A stretch of 64,000 nt of DNA, taken from an uncultured Candidatus Poseidoniales archaeon. Its GTDB lineage: Archaea > Thermoplasmatota > Poseidoniia > Poseidoniales > Poseidoniaceae. A program made the position numbers and the translations under genes. Positions 46,483 to 54,991 of this stretch are shown in pieces. The stretch is taken from positions 94,760 through 158,759 of the forward strand of contig CAJJAV010000006.1 in assembly GCA_905182125.1 (NCBI GenBank). Direction: 5' to 3'. Position 1 is the first letter of the stretch. Each line of letters begins with the position of its first letter. The notes under the pieces are model-generated. The model did not search any database, was not told the DNA's origin, and saw only the letters and a program-made list of their open reading frames with translations.

Positions 46483-48081
46483 TCAATCCCCGCGCGCTGA
46501 GATGACTTGGTCGACACGAAGCAAACCACAGGCCGTTTCGGATGCTGCTTCAATGGCGTGAGCAAGTGTTTCTGCGCTTGACCATGCTGATTGGATTGGA
46601 CCGGCGTGGCCCGTCTGTTGAACGCCGCTGTCAGGTGATCCATCCCGGTGGAGTGATCGAAGAGCAAGGAGGGTGTCGAGGTGATCGTGGCCAGCATTGG
46701 TAGCCAGCACAGCAGGAATAGCTTCCAGTGAACGAGCGAACGCTTCCATGGCCAAACGTTCCCGACCGCCTTGGGCTTCTGCCGCTTCCTTGATCGCTAA
46801 ACTGGCCGCCATGTGGAGGCTTCCGCCACCGAGCAACACTTCACCAGTCTCCATAGCACTGGTGACTGAGCAAAGGGCATCATAGAGTCCGCGAATGACT
46901 TCCTCGCTGGCAACCCCATCCCCACCGCCAACATCGATGGTTGCGAGACCTGCTGTCTCCCCCACATGAATGTGAAGGCGTTCTCGGCGTGCGTCCTCGC
47001 CTTCGAGGGTCTCAATATGCATCGATTCAAACGTACCAAGGACGGATGCGTCAAGCGAATCAAGATGATCGATCATCATAGCGCCGGTTGCGGCTGCTAC
47101 ATCTTCAGCCCCTGCTCGTTCAAGGCCAGCAAGAGCAAACACTCCAGCGTCGACGCAGCGATGGAGGATGCGTGAATCGATCCCCTCGGCACACACAACA
47201 AGTGTGGCACCACAATCGAGAACCGCCTGGGCCTTTGCTTCGAGTTGGGCTTCTTCTGCGTCCATGAAGGCCACCCATTGATCGGGTGATGTCACTTCAA
47301 TTTCAGCTTCTCGCGAGGATGTTTCAATTTCAAGTGGGCAGGAAAGAACTGCAACCTTACCGTTGGCGAGGTGCCGAGGGAGGCGGTCGAGTTCAAGGCG
47401 CCGTTCGAGAATTAATCCTGGCACAAGCCGGGTATCTGCAATGCCGCCAATGCCTCGCTTTGCCATTCGAACATCTTCTGTGCGCACATGAAGTACTCCG
47501 TTGAGTTCAGTTGCAACGGTTTTTGCTGCGGTGACAATGCACTGGGCAAGATGGTCGCTTCCACTTTCGGCTGTGGTCCCCATCATTGCGGTTTTAGCGA
47601 CTGCCAAAAGGCGGAGGTTGTCTTCTGGACTGATGTGTTCGACGCGTGAATCAAGGGTGTCCAGTGTCACTTGGAGAGCTCGTTGGTACCCTTCAACCAA
47701 CACCAATGGATGAAGGCCTTTCTCGAGAAGTCGGCCTGCTTCACGCATTAATTCACTGGCCACGATCAAGCAACCTGTGACGCCGTCACCACATGCATTT
47801 TCTTGTGATTGGGCAAGCTGAACGAACGCTTTTGCCGCTGGATGCTTCACAAGAAGTTCAGCGACAATTTTTGCTCCGTCGTTAGTCACTGCGGTTTCGC
47901 CGCTGGTCTTGTACATCATTTTGTCAAGGCCATTCGGACCAAACGTTCCACGGAGAAGATCGCCAAAAGCGACAGATGCGCTCACGAGTTTTTGTGTGAC
48001 CGCCACGCCGCTGGTGATAGAAGTGGTTGGGCGGACAATCGCAACGGGTGCGCGTCCAGAACCATCGTTCGGTTGAGCCAT
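46483..48081 (-). CDS. ths: Group II chaperonin (thermosome subunit), divergent
   Basis: The ORF track extends to 48135, and ATG 48081 gives MAQPNDGS. It contains GPNGLDKMM, TNDGAKIV, GDGVTG (canonical GDGTT) and LLGGGSLHM (canonical GGGA.E). Confidence 0.9.
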   Translation of the reverse strand: MAQPNDGSGRAPVAIVRPTTSITSGVAVTQKLVSASVAFGDLLRGTFGPNGLDKMMYKTSGETAVTNDGAKIVAELLVKHPAAKAFVQLAQSQENACGDGVTGCLIVASELMREAGRLLEKGLHPLVLVEGYQRALQVTLDTLDSRVEHISPEDNLRLLAVAKTAMMGTTAESGSDHLAQCIVTAAKTVATELNGVLHVRTEDVRMAKRGIGGIADTRLVPGLILERRLELDRLPRHLANGKVAVLSCPLEIETSSREAEIEVTSPDQWVAFMDAEEAQLEAKAQAVLDCGATLVVCAEGIDSRILHRCVDAGVFALAGLERAGAEDVAAATGAMMIDHLDSLDASVLGTFESMHIETLEGEDARRERLHIHVGETAGLATIDVGGGDGVASEEVIRGLYDALCSVTSAMETGEVLLGGGSLHMAASLAIKEAAEAQGGRERLAMEAFARSLEAIPAVLATNAGHDHLDTLLALRSLHRDGSPDSGVQQTGHAGPIQSAWSSAETLAHAIEAASETACGLLRVDQVISARGD

Positions 48082-48172
48082 CACTTCAAGCGGCGGTGAA
48101 GCGCATAGATGAACCCTTTCTCTTGCTTGGTACATCCCAGAAATGAGTGGGCTTCACGGCGGTGGCACTTGC

Positions 48173-49420
48173 TCAGAGGAGGAAGATAAACACAGCCGCT
48201 ACTGCCCCAATCGCCCCGGTTGCAACACCAATCACTTGGACCATGCCGAACTTGCTGGGCGGTGTGGTGGGTGTGAGTGGCTGGGCAGAACCATCAAGAG
48301 GAGGAAGTGCTGGTACTTCCTTCTCAACATCTCCTTCTGGTTCCTCTAGATTCGCTGGTTCTTCCTCTGGCTCATCGAAAGAAGGGGTTTCGGCTGGGGG
48401 GTTGATGCTTTCTTCAGTCAGGGCCGCAGCAGCGGCTTGCTGCAAGGCAAGGGTTTCCTGTGCCAGTGCTGCTAATTCGCCGGCTTGTACACGTTCTGCT
48501 TCGGCTTGCTGGAGTGCAAGTTGTTCCTGCGCCAATGCAGCTACTTCGCTTGCGCGGGCCCGTTCTGATTCAGCCTCGAGTGTGAGTGCAGCGGCTTCAG
48601 CTTGCTGTCTGGCAAGTGTTTCTTGGGCGAATGCTGCTGATTCACGAGCTGCGATAAGTTCTGCTTCTGCCTTGCGTTTAGAATCTTCAAGTTCTGACTC
48701 AGCTTTTCGTCGTGCTTCATCTTCTTCTTTTCGGTAGGCTGCTTCAGATTCTGCACGCTTGAGGGTTTCCTGTGCCTCTGCGAGTTGTGATTCTGTTTCC
48801 GCTTTGATACGGGCGGTTTCTTCTTCAGCGGCAAGACGAGCGGATTCGATTTCGGCCATCGCCTTGTCATGCTCGTCTTTCCTGAGTTGTTCTCGTCCTT
48901 CGACCTCGGCTCTTGATGCGGCACCTTGGGCCGCAACACGGGCTTCTTCGGCTGCGATTTGGGCTTTTTCTTTGATGAGAGCTGCTACTTCTTCATCGGT
49001 TTGACCGGTTTGTTCCACAGAGGCTGCTTCGGAGGGATCGAATTTTGCCCGAAGCCTGTATTCTTCTTGGACCGCTGCGCGTGCCTCGGCCTCAGCTTGC
49101 TGCACCATGGCATCGATTTCTTCTTGAGAACGGGTGACGACTTTTTCTGATACTTCCAGTCGTTCTTTCAGACTCACTTTTGACATCACGGCTTCGACAT
49201 AGCATTCGAATTCTTCTTGATCGACGTCACCGACCATATCGGTCCGGGCGCTTTGTAAGAGACGTTGGATATCTTGTGCGAGAAACGCCCCGGGATGAAG
49301 ATCTAATTGCCCACGAAAAGAGACATAAAACGAACGCTGCTCCGAAGAAATGGCTCCGTCCGCAGTCATGTAGTCTTGTAAAGACGACAAGATTTCTGTG
49401 AGGTTAAGTGTCGTTGTCAC
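48173..49420 (-). CDS. Tail-anchored coiled-coil protein (Ala/Glu/Gln-rich, internal repeats)
   Basis: 415 aa. GTG 49420 is preceded by GGAGGTGA with a 6-nt spacer. About 250 aa are heptad-like, with A[FL]AQE[TQ]LA[RL]QQAEA occurring three times. The single C-terminal TM helix is VIGVATGAIGAVAAVFIFLL. Confidence 0.7.
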   Translation of the reverse strand: MTTTLNLTEILSSLQDYMTADGAISSEQRSFYVSFRGQLDLHPGAFLAQDIQRLLQSARTDMVGDVDQEEFECYVEAVMSKVSLKERLEVSEKVVTRSQEEIDAMVQQAEAEARAAVQEEYRLRAKFDPSEAASVEQTGQTDEEVAALIKEKAQIAAEEARVAAQGAASRAEVEGREQLRKDEHDKAMAEIESARLAAEEETARIKAETESQLAEAQETLKRAESEAAYRKEEDEARRKAESELEDSKRKAEAELIAARESAAFAQETLARQQAEAAALTLEAESERARASEVAALAQEQLALQQAEAERVQAGELAALAQETLALQQAAAAALTEESINPPAETPSFDEPEEEPANLEEPEGDVEKEVPALPPLDGSAQPLTPTTPPSKFGMVQVIGVATGAIGAVAAVFIFLL

Positions 49421-49454
49421 GGCCCGTCACCTCCGAATCGCACCAATTGGTATC

Positions 49455-51491
49455 TCACTTCAAACCGTGATTCTTACGTGTTTCGTCATTGGACCAGTTG
49501 TACGCCAACTTGAGCAGGCGTAGGTAGTGGGCCAGTCCGTCACGTTCCATCTTCTGATGAAGAGTTTCGTTTTCGATGAAAATGTCGCCCCAGAGGTTGG
49601 CGGCTGTTCCTTGCTTGCCCTTGGGTAGGTCGAAGACTTCCCTTGTGGTCGGGTCGAGCAATGCCCGCCAAACACGTGCAGGGTTGACTGCCATAGTGAC
49701 TTCAACGATGATTTCGTTCTCGTTCAACCCGGTTCCGTTTTGCCAGGAGTCTTCGCCCATGTCGGCGAGGAATGGCAAACAGATGTCTTGAATCGAGAGG
49801 CTGGTCATTGGGTCAGCGTTGGTGAGGGAGGTGAATGCTTCACGCATACGTCCTCGGTCAGCGCCGCGGGACCCAGTAATGTGGCGCAACTTGTCAATCG
49901 ATGTTGGGACCAAAAACCGGATGTCTGTGTAGTAGACAAGAGGGTTGTCGTCTTTGGCTCCAAAGATGTGAGAGTACGGTGCAGAGTCCGCGGTCTCTCC
50001 GAGGTCGGTCATTGGATAGACTGTCTTGAGGGCGTTTGTGGCGATTGATTGAACACAACGGCGCATTAAGCGGTCAGGCGCTGCAGAAATATCATTGAAG
50101 GTCTGGATGTATTCATCCATGCTCATGACGTCGTAGCCGCGGACTGAAAGAATCGAGTGGACGTGTGGCCCTGTTTGCTTCTTTTCTCCATCGTGGAAAT
50201 CAGCTTGGCTGATCCAACGGGAGCCTTGTGCGACATCGCTTGCAGCAACCAAATCGGCGTAAGCCTTGAACCGGCGAGTGACACGGTTCATGAAATCGGC
50301 TTGGTCGAGCTTGGTGAACACGGTTGCTTCATAGTTGGACTTCAAAGCGTGGTCTGCGACTTGGCTGGCGTTGACACAGGTCAACAAGTTGCCTTGGTCA
50401 CGAGGGTAGATGAGCAAGCGACGGCGCTTTGCACCGCCACCAAGTCCGCCGATCCAAGGATCGGTGAGCATGTAGCCGAGTGAGGCACAAACCTCGAACA
50501 AACGTGCGTACTTGTCTTCATCACTGGCGCTTGCAATCCATTCGTCCAACCCGGGTTCGACACAGTGGAATTCAAGTGGGACCATTTCGGAGCCTGCGCC
50601 AAACATTTGGCGGACCGTCGAAGAACTCATCATGCCCATGAGGCTGTAGAGAGAGGTCTTTCCTGTGGTCATGAACACATCTGTGATACCTTCTTCGCCG
50701 AATGAAAGGCGTCGGTCTGGAAGATTGACCAAGAGGTTGAATGCGGTTGGAGATTCACGGTTTCCGTTGACAGCGGGCCAGATCCAAGTTCCTGGGCGCG
50801 TCATGATGTAACCGCTCGCATCCTTGCCGAAACCGGCAGGGGAATAGCGAATCCAACCCAAACGGTTGTTGAAAGAAACGCCTCGGTGCATCAAGGATGG
50901 ATAGAAGCACTGGTCGAGTGGATCGGAATCGGGGACGACACCGCGGTGTCCGAGTCCCCAAAGAATTGGTTCCCATTCAGCTTGCTCGCCTTCCTTGTGA
51001 CCAAGGAAAGGGTGATCGACGCCGGGGCCGTCGCCTGTGAGGAAAGATCCTCCCATGCGTTCTTCATCGCCTGTTGAGCAGAAAAAGAGGGTTTGTGTGG
51101 TCGAGAGTTGTTTCGGCGTCCACATGTTAGCGTTGATGATTGTCTTTTGTTTGAGGAATTCCGCGACGTTTGAAATTCGGCGTTCGAACTTGAACCGCTC
51201 TGCTTCAATCCAAGTTGATCCGAGGATCAGGTTGGTGTTGAGCAAACGTGCTCGTGCTGGCCCGATGTACCGTGTACGTGGGTCTGCTTTGGAAGAGTCC
51301 GTGGCGGGTAATTCTTCCCATGGCCCTCGTTGAGGGATGTATTTCAGGAAGGCTTCATGGTCGAATTGGTCGACCTGGGCCCTCGAGACGGCTTCTTCGA
51401 CAACGTCCATCAAGCGAACATAGGTTTCGCTTGGGCGCATGGTTTTGGTTTCAGCATAAGCTTTGTTTGATACAGATCGATGTTCCCACAT
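49455..51491 (-). CDS. Large soluble protein of unknown function
   Basis: 678 aa. GAGGTGA lies 4 nt upstream of ATG 51491 and overlaps the upstream stop. I recognise no family. Confidence 0.75.
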   Translation of the reverse strand: MWEHRSVSNKAYAETKTMRPSETYVRLMDVVEEAVSRAQVDQFDHEAFLKYIPQRGPWEELPATDSSKADPRTRYIGPARARLLNTNLILGSTWIEAERFKFERRISNVAEFLKQKTIINANMWTPKQLSTTQTLFFCSTGDEERMGGSFLTGDGPGVDHPFLGHKEGEQAEWEPILWGLGHRGVVPDSDPLDQCFYPSLMHRGVSFNNRLGWIRYSPAGFGKDASGYIMTRPGTWIWPAVNGNRESPTAFNLLVNLPDRRLSFGEEGITDVFMTTGKTSLYSLMGMMSSSTVRQMFGAGSEMVPLEFHCVEPGLDEWIASASDEDKYARLFEVCASLGYMLTDPWIGGLGGGAKRRRLLIYPRDQGNLLTCVNASQVADHALKSNYEATVFTKLDQADFMNRVTRRFKAYADLVAASDVAQGSRWISQADFHDGEKKQTGPHVHSILSVRGYDVMSMDEYIQTFNDISAAPDRLMRRCVQSIATNALKTVYPMTDLGETADSAPYSHIFGAKDDNPLVYYTDIRFLVPTSIDKLRHITGSRGADRGRMREAFTSLTNADPMTSLSIQDICLPFLADMGEDSWQNGTGLNENEIIVEVTMAVNPARVWRALLDPTTREVFDLPKGKQGTAANLWGDIFIENETLHQKMERDGLAHYLRLLKLAYNWSNDETRKNHGLK

Positions 51492-51500
51492 AATTTCACC

Positions 51501-52082
51501 TCAGAATTTCTTTCGCTGTCCTTCTTCTTCCGACGGTTCAGCGGTTTCGTCGTTTTCTTCATGTTCTTCCTCGGATGAAGGCTCTTCGCCTTCTTCGTCA
51601 GGTTCTTCTTCCTCGTGTTGTTGTTCTTCGGCTGCTTCGGCTGCTTCGGCTGCTTCCTCTTCTTTTTCGGCGGCAACGATTTCCTTAGCTAGTTTTTCTG
51701 CAGACTCATGAATTGAATCTTCTTTGACTGCTGAAATGATGAGGGCTGCTGTTGCTTGCATTGAAGCGTCAACGTATGGTGCAGCCCGGTAGAAATACTG
51801 AATCATGATGCCAAGGGTTCCGAACACTGCGCCAAGGCCAATGACCCAGCCGTTGTTGATGTTTTGAACCGAGTCGGGGTTGTTGTAGAGTTCAGAGGCA
51901 GCGATTCCTGTTTCTGGGGGCCACCATGTAGCGCCACTGGCATTTGTGAGAACCTCGATTGTGGCCCAAACAGCATAAACAATCATCAAAATTGACATAT
52001 AACTCATCATCATTCGATTTTCCAAAAGAAATTTCACGAGGGCCCGCCCGTCGTGTGTCGACGTGCTTTCGTCATCGGTCAT
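51501..52082 (-). CDS. Small two-TM protein with poly-acidic C-terminal tail
   Basis: 193 aa with hydrophobic helices near aa 25-45 and 80-100. The tail reads EKEEEAAEAAEAAEEQQHEEEEPDEEGEEPSSEEEHEENDE. Confidence 0.65.
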   Translation of the reverse strand: MTDDESTSTHDGRALVKFLLENRMMMSYMSILMIVYAVWATIEVLTNASGATWWPPETGIAASELYNNPDSVQNINNGWVIGLGAVFGTLGIMIQYFYRAAPYVDASMQATAALIISAVKEDSIHESAEKLAKEIVAAEKEEEAAEAAEAAEEQQHEEEEPDEEGEEPSSEEEHEENDETAEPSEEEGQRKKF

Positions 52083-52178
52083 GCCTTCTGTGACAAACTC
52101 TTTCTATAAAAGCAGAATGCCAAAGGGGCCAAAGCAAGTTAGTTTTGCAGGGGCTTGTGAAGAATCAAGAAGCGATTA

Positions 52179-53591
52179 TCATCTTCGATTTTTATTCCCT
52201 TTGCTTTTTCGGGCGTTGTTGCCGCGCCCGTTTTGCTCCCATGCCTTCCCATCCCGACTGCGCCGATCTGAGGTATCGCGCCAATTCGACTTGGATGAAG
52301 CACCAAGTGATTCAGGCATTTCGTCAAACGATTCGATGTTCAAGTGCATGCCCCCCAGTTCGTCTTGGAGTTGCCGAACGTTTTCGCCGCCTTTGCCAAT
52401 CAGGGTTGGAATCATGTTTTGTGGGGCGTAAATCGTGGCGCTCGATTCACCTTTGAATTGTACCTGGCACTGCACCCCTACCCATTGTTGAATAATCTGA
52501 ACGAGTTGATCACGGGCAAGTGTCTTCATCGGTGAAAGAGCCCCTCCTGTTTCACGGCCTTCGACGGGTACAACCGCAATTTCAGAGCCAAAAGCGAACA
52601 TTTCGTGGGTGATTTTCCCGCTTGGGAATTCAACAACTTCGATGACTGGTCGGGCGAGTTCTTCTTGCATGCCTGTCGGTGGTTTCACTGTCATCCTAAG
52701 TTCCATGACTTGCTCTATTTTCCCAGCTTCGACGTGAATAATGGTATCGAGCACTTGGCTCACCAATCCAAGTTCGACTTTTCCGATCAATCGTTGGATG
52801 GCTTCGAGTGCTGAATTGGCGTGGGTGACGCCGAGGAGACCTACACCTGCTAGGCGCACATCTGCGAAGATTTCGAAATCCCGAGCACGACGCACTTCGT
52901 CGAAGATAACGAAATCAGGGCGGACAAGGAAAATAATCTCTGCAGTTTTTTCCAAATCCCCTTCGAGCGGTGCATACTGCGTGATTCGGTCGGCCAACTG
53001 TAAATCTCGTGGTGCTTCCATTGTTTTCACCATAGCGCCGATCTCCGTATCGAGGTATTCTGCGATGGCTTGAGCGAGGGTTGTCTTCCCGGACCCTGGG
53101 CGGCCACAAATGAACACGCCTCGGTGGTGGTCGGCCAGGCGGTCGATGAGCCTTTGATCCAATTCATACTCGCCGAGGGATAATTTGGCCACCGGGCGGA
53201 CGATGGTGATCTCTCGTGCATCAGCAAATGGAGGCCAAGCGCACGAAATTCGTAGATCGCCGAGTTGGAGCACTTGGCATCCTTTTCGGTCGATTTCTAG
53301 GAAGCAGTCACTGCGATGGCGGTGTTCATCGATCAAACCAACCAGTTCTTCTTGCAATGATTCCATCCGCAGGGTATCCCACTGTCCATCATCCGCACCT
53401 TCGACTTCAACCAGTTTCAACTGGCCAATTGTACCGCGTTTGACCCTTGGTGGGCAATCTGCCTTGATGAATACGGTATGGACATCATCCATGAGCAGGG
53501 CTTCAAGTCGCTGTGGAAGCGGGGGGTGGTCGCCGTACTTTGCCATATCAATCAACCATGGTCCATGCCCACGGCTTTTCACCCTTCGCAC
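52179..53591 (-). CDS. PilT/PhoH-like P-loop ATPase with C-terminal KH domain (COG1855-like), lacking an N-terminal PIN domain
   Basis: 470 aa with Walker A GRPGSGKTT, Walker B VIFDEV and a KH GxxG loop (IPTLIGKGGENVRQL). The start is uncertain (GTG 53591 or ATG 53546). Confidence 0.85.
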   Translation of the reverse strand: MRRVKSRGHGPWLIDMAKYGDHPPLPQRLEALLMDDVHTVFIKADCPPRVKRGTIGQLKLVEVEGADDGQWDTLRMESLQEELVGLIDEHRHRSDCFLEIDRKGCQVLQLGDLRISCAWPPFADAREITIVRPVAKLSLGEYELDQRLIDRLADHHRGVFICGRPGSGKTTLAQAIAEYLDTEIGAMVKTMEAPRDLQLADRITQYAPLEGDLEKTAEIIFLVRPDFVIFDEVRRARDFEIFADVRLAGVGLLGVTHANSALEAIQRLIGKVELGLVSQVLDTIIHVEAGKIEQVMELRMTVKPPTGMQEELARPVIEVVEFPSGKITHEMFAFGSEIAVVPVEGRETGGALSPMKTLARDQLVQIIQQWVGVQCQVQFKGESSATIYAPQNMIPTLIGKGGENVRQLQDELGGMHLNIESFDEMPESLGASSKSNWRDTSDRRSRDGKAWEQNGRGNNARKSKGNKNRR

Positions 53592-53629
53592 GGCCTAGGC
53601 CAATGGCGAAGGCGTCTTTGAAGGCCGTT

Positions 53630-54001
53630 TCAGTTGTTCTTTGGCTGGATTAAAGCACCGGTCCACCAGAAAGAGCCGATGAAAAACACCGAGAGGACAT
53701 ACGACCCTGTGGTTGGAAAGCCCCAAATTCGGACACCTACTTCTGCAAACAAGGCGATTGAGCCGATAAACGCAAGCGTGGTAAGCACTCCGGCCTGATT
53801 TAGACCGAGATGTTCAAACGTCATTTCACGTTCTGAAAGGCCCCAAGCAATGCCAATGAGGGCTGAAAGAGCGATGAGAACAAGTGCTCCTTCGGTGTAA
53901 TTGTCTTGGGTGTACCATGTAGCGGCGGCGACAATGAAAGTCGCAACAAACATTCGCTGAACGGCGGTATAGGAGAGGCCCATACTGTAGGCCAAGCGCA
54001 T
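53630..54001 (-). CDS. Small hydrophobic membrane protein
   Basis: 123-aa ORF with four hydrophobic helices, co-directional with its neighbours. Confidence 0.55.
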   Translation of the reverse strand: MRLAYSMGLSYTAVQRMFVATFIVAAATWYTQDNYTEGALVLIALSALIGIAWGLSEREMTFEHLGLNQAGVLTTLAFIGSIALFAEVGVRIWGFPTTGSYVLSVFFIGSFWWTGALIQPKNN

Positions 54002-54040
54002 TCAATTCTTGAAGACTCGCAATCTAAAGCATCAATTCAA

Positions 54041-54991
54041 TCAATCACATTGATCGTTAATCAACTCAATTCGTTGTGTTGTTCGCAGAAGTGTCGCAGA
54101 CATTTCCGCTGGCAATGAAAAATGGGCGAGAGCGGACAAGATCTGGGCCTCTAGCGGGGACTTTGTTGCTCCAAGGTCCATTTCGACGCCATCCAACGTG
54201 TAGGTTTGATGCTGCCCGAAGTCAATGGAAACCTTTCCTTTGGTCCCCTGAACGAGAAGTTCCCGGCGTTCTTCGCTTTGCCCCCACCCCACCTCGACGG
54301 TTGCTGAGAAACGGTTGGCGCCATTGAGCGACTCGCCTTCGAAAAGAAAACGGGCGCTGCTGGCGGTCGAAATCGTCGCAGGCTCCCCGCTTGTCTGTTC
54401 GAAAAGTCCGGAGGTAAAGGCCACCTGGTTTTCCCCCGCCACAAGGTAGTCCAATGTGTCGACGCCGTGCGAACCGAGGCCCTCAAGGATCGGCATTTTG
54501 ATCGGTTTTGTCCTGTTGGTAAACCTCGTGTATGTGATCTGAATCACTTCACCAAGTGTTTGGTCGCAAAGCAGTTGGCGCACACGCTGAACGCCGGCAT
54601 GATGCCGTAACAGGTAACCAGAAACAGTGTATGTGTTGTTTTTCTCTGCCTGCTCGATAAGTCGCTGGGCCCCTGCGAGGGAAGTGGAAAAGGGTTTCTC
54701 AATCAGTGTTCGAACACCGCGGCCAAGCAGCGCTAACCCGATCGTTTCATGCGTCCTGTTTGGCGTGGCAAGGATGACAAGGTCCAGCGACTCTGAATCA
54801 CACATGTGCCCCCATTCGGCGTACATAGCATCGATGCCGGTGGTGGAGGGAAGGTTCGCTGGGGCCGTATCACAAGCAACGATTCGATTGACAGTTCCTT
54901 CGCGTTTCATGCGCAGAAGCGTTTGAAGCTGGGTGGAACCCCAGCGCCCGCATCCAACAACGCCAATCGAGATGGGCATGTGGGCACTCAC
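54041..54991 (-). CDS. Gfo/Idh/MocA-family NAD(P)-dependent oxidoreductase
   Basis: 316 aa with an N-terminal Rossmann motif IGVVGCGRWG and EKPF. Its start overlaps the upstream stop by 4 bp. Confidence 0.85.
   Translation of the reverse strand: MSAHMPISIGVVGCGRWGSTQLQTLLRMKREGTVNRIVACDTAPANLPSTTGIDAMYAEWGHMCDSESLDLVILATPNRTHETIGLALLGRGVRTLIEKPFSTSLAGAQRLIEQAEKNNTYTVSGYLLRHHAGVQRVRQLLCDQTLGEVIQITYTRFTNRTKPIKMPILEGLGSHGVDTLDYLVAGENQVAFTSGLFEQTSGEPATISTASSARFLFEGESLNGANRFSATVEVGWGQSEERRELLVQGTKGKVSIDFGQHQTYTLDGVEMDLGATKSPLEAQILSALAHFSLPAEMSATLLRTTQRIELINDQCD

Noticed and set aside
50640-50670. A Walker-A-like string VFMTTGKTSLYSLMG in the 678-aa unknown protein, superficially like the dynamin/BDLP G1 motif GKS[ST]L.N.L.G.
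   Set aside because: The first Gly of GxxxxGK[ST] is Val, the motif is mid-protein, and I could find no convincing Walker B or G3/G4 motifs. That is not enough to call an NTPase.
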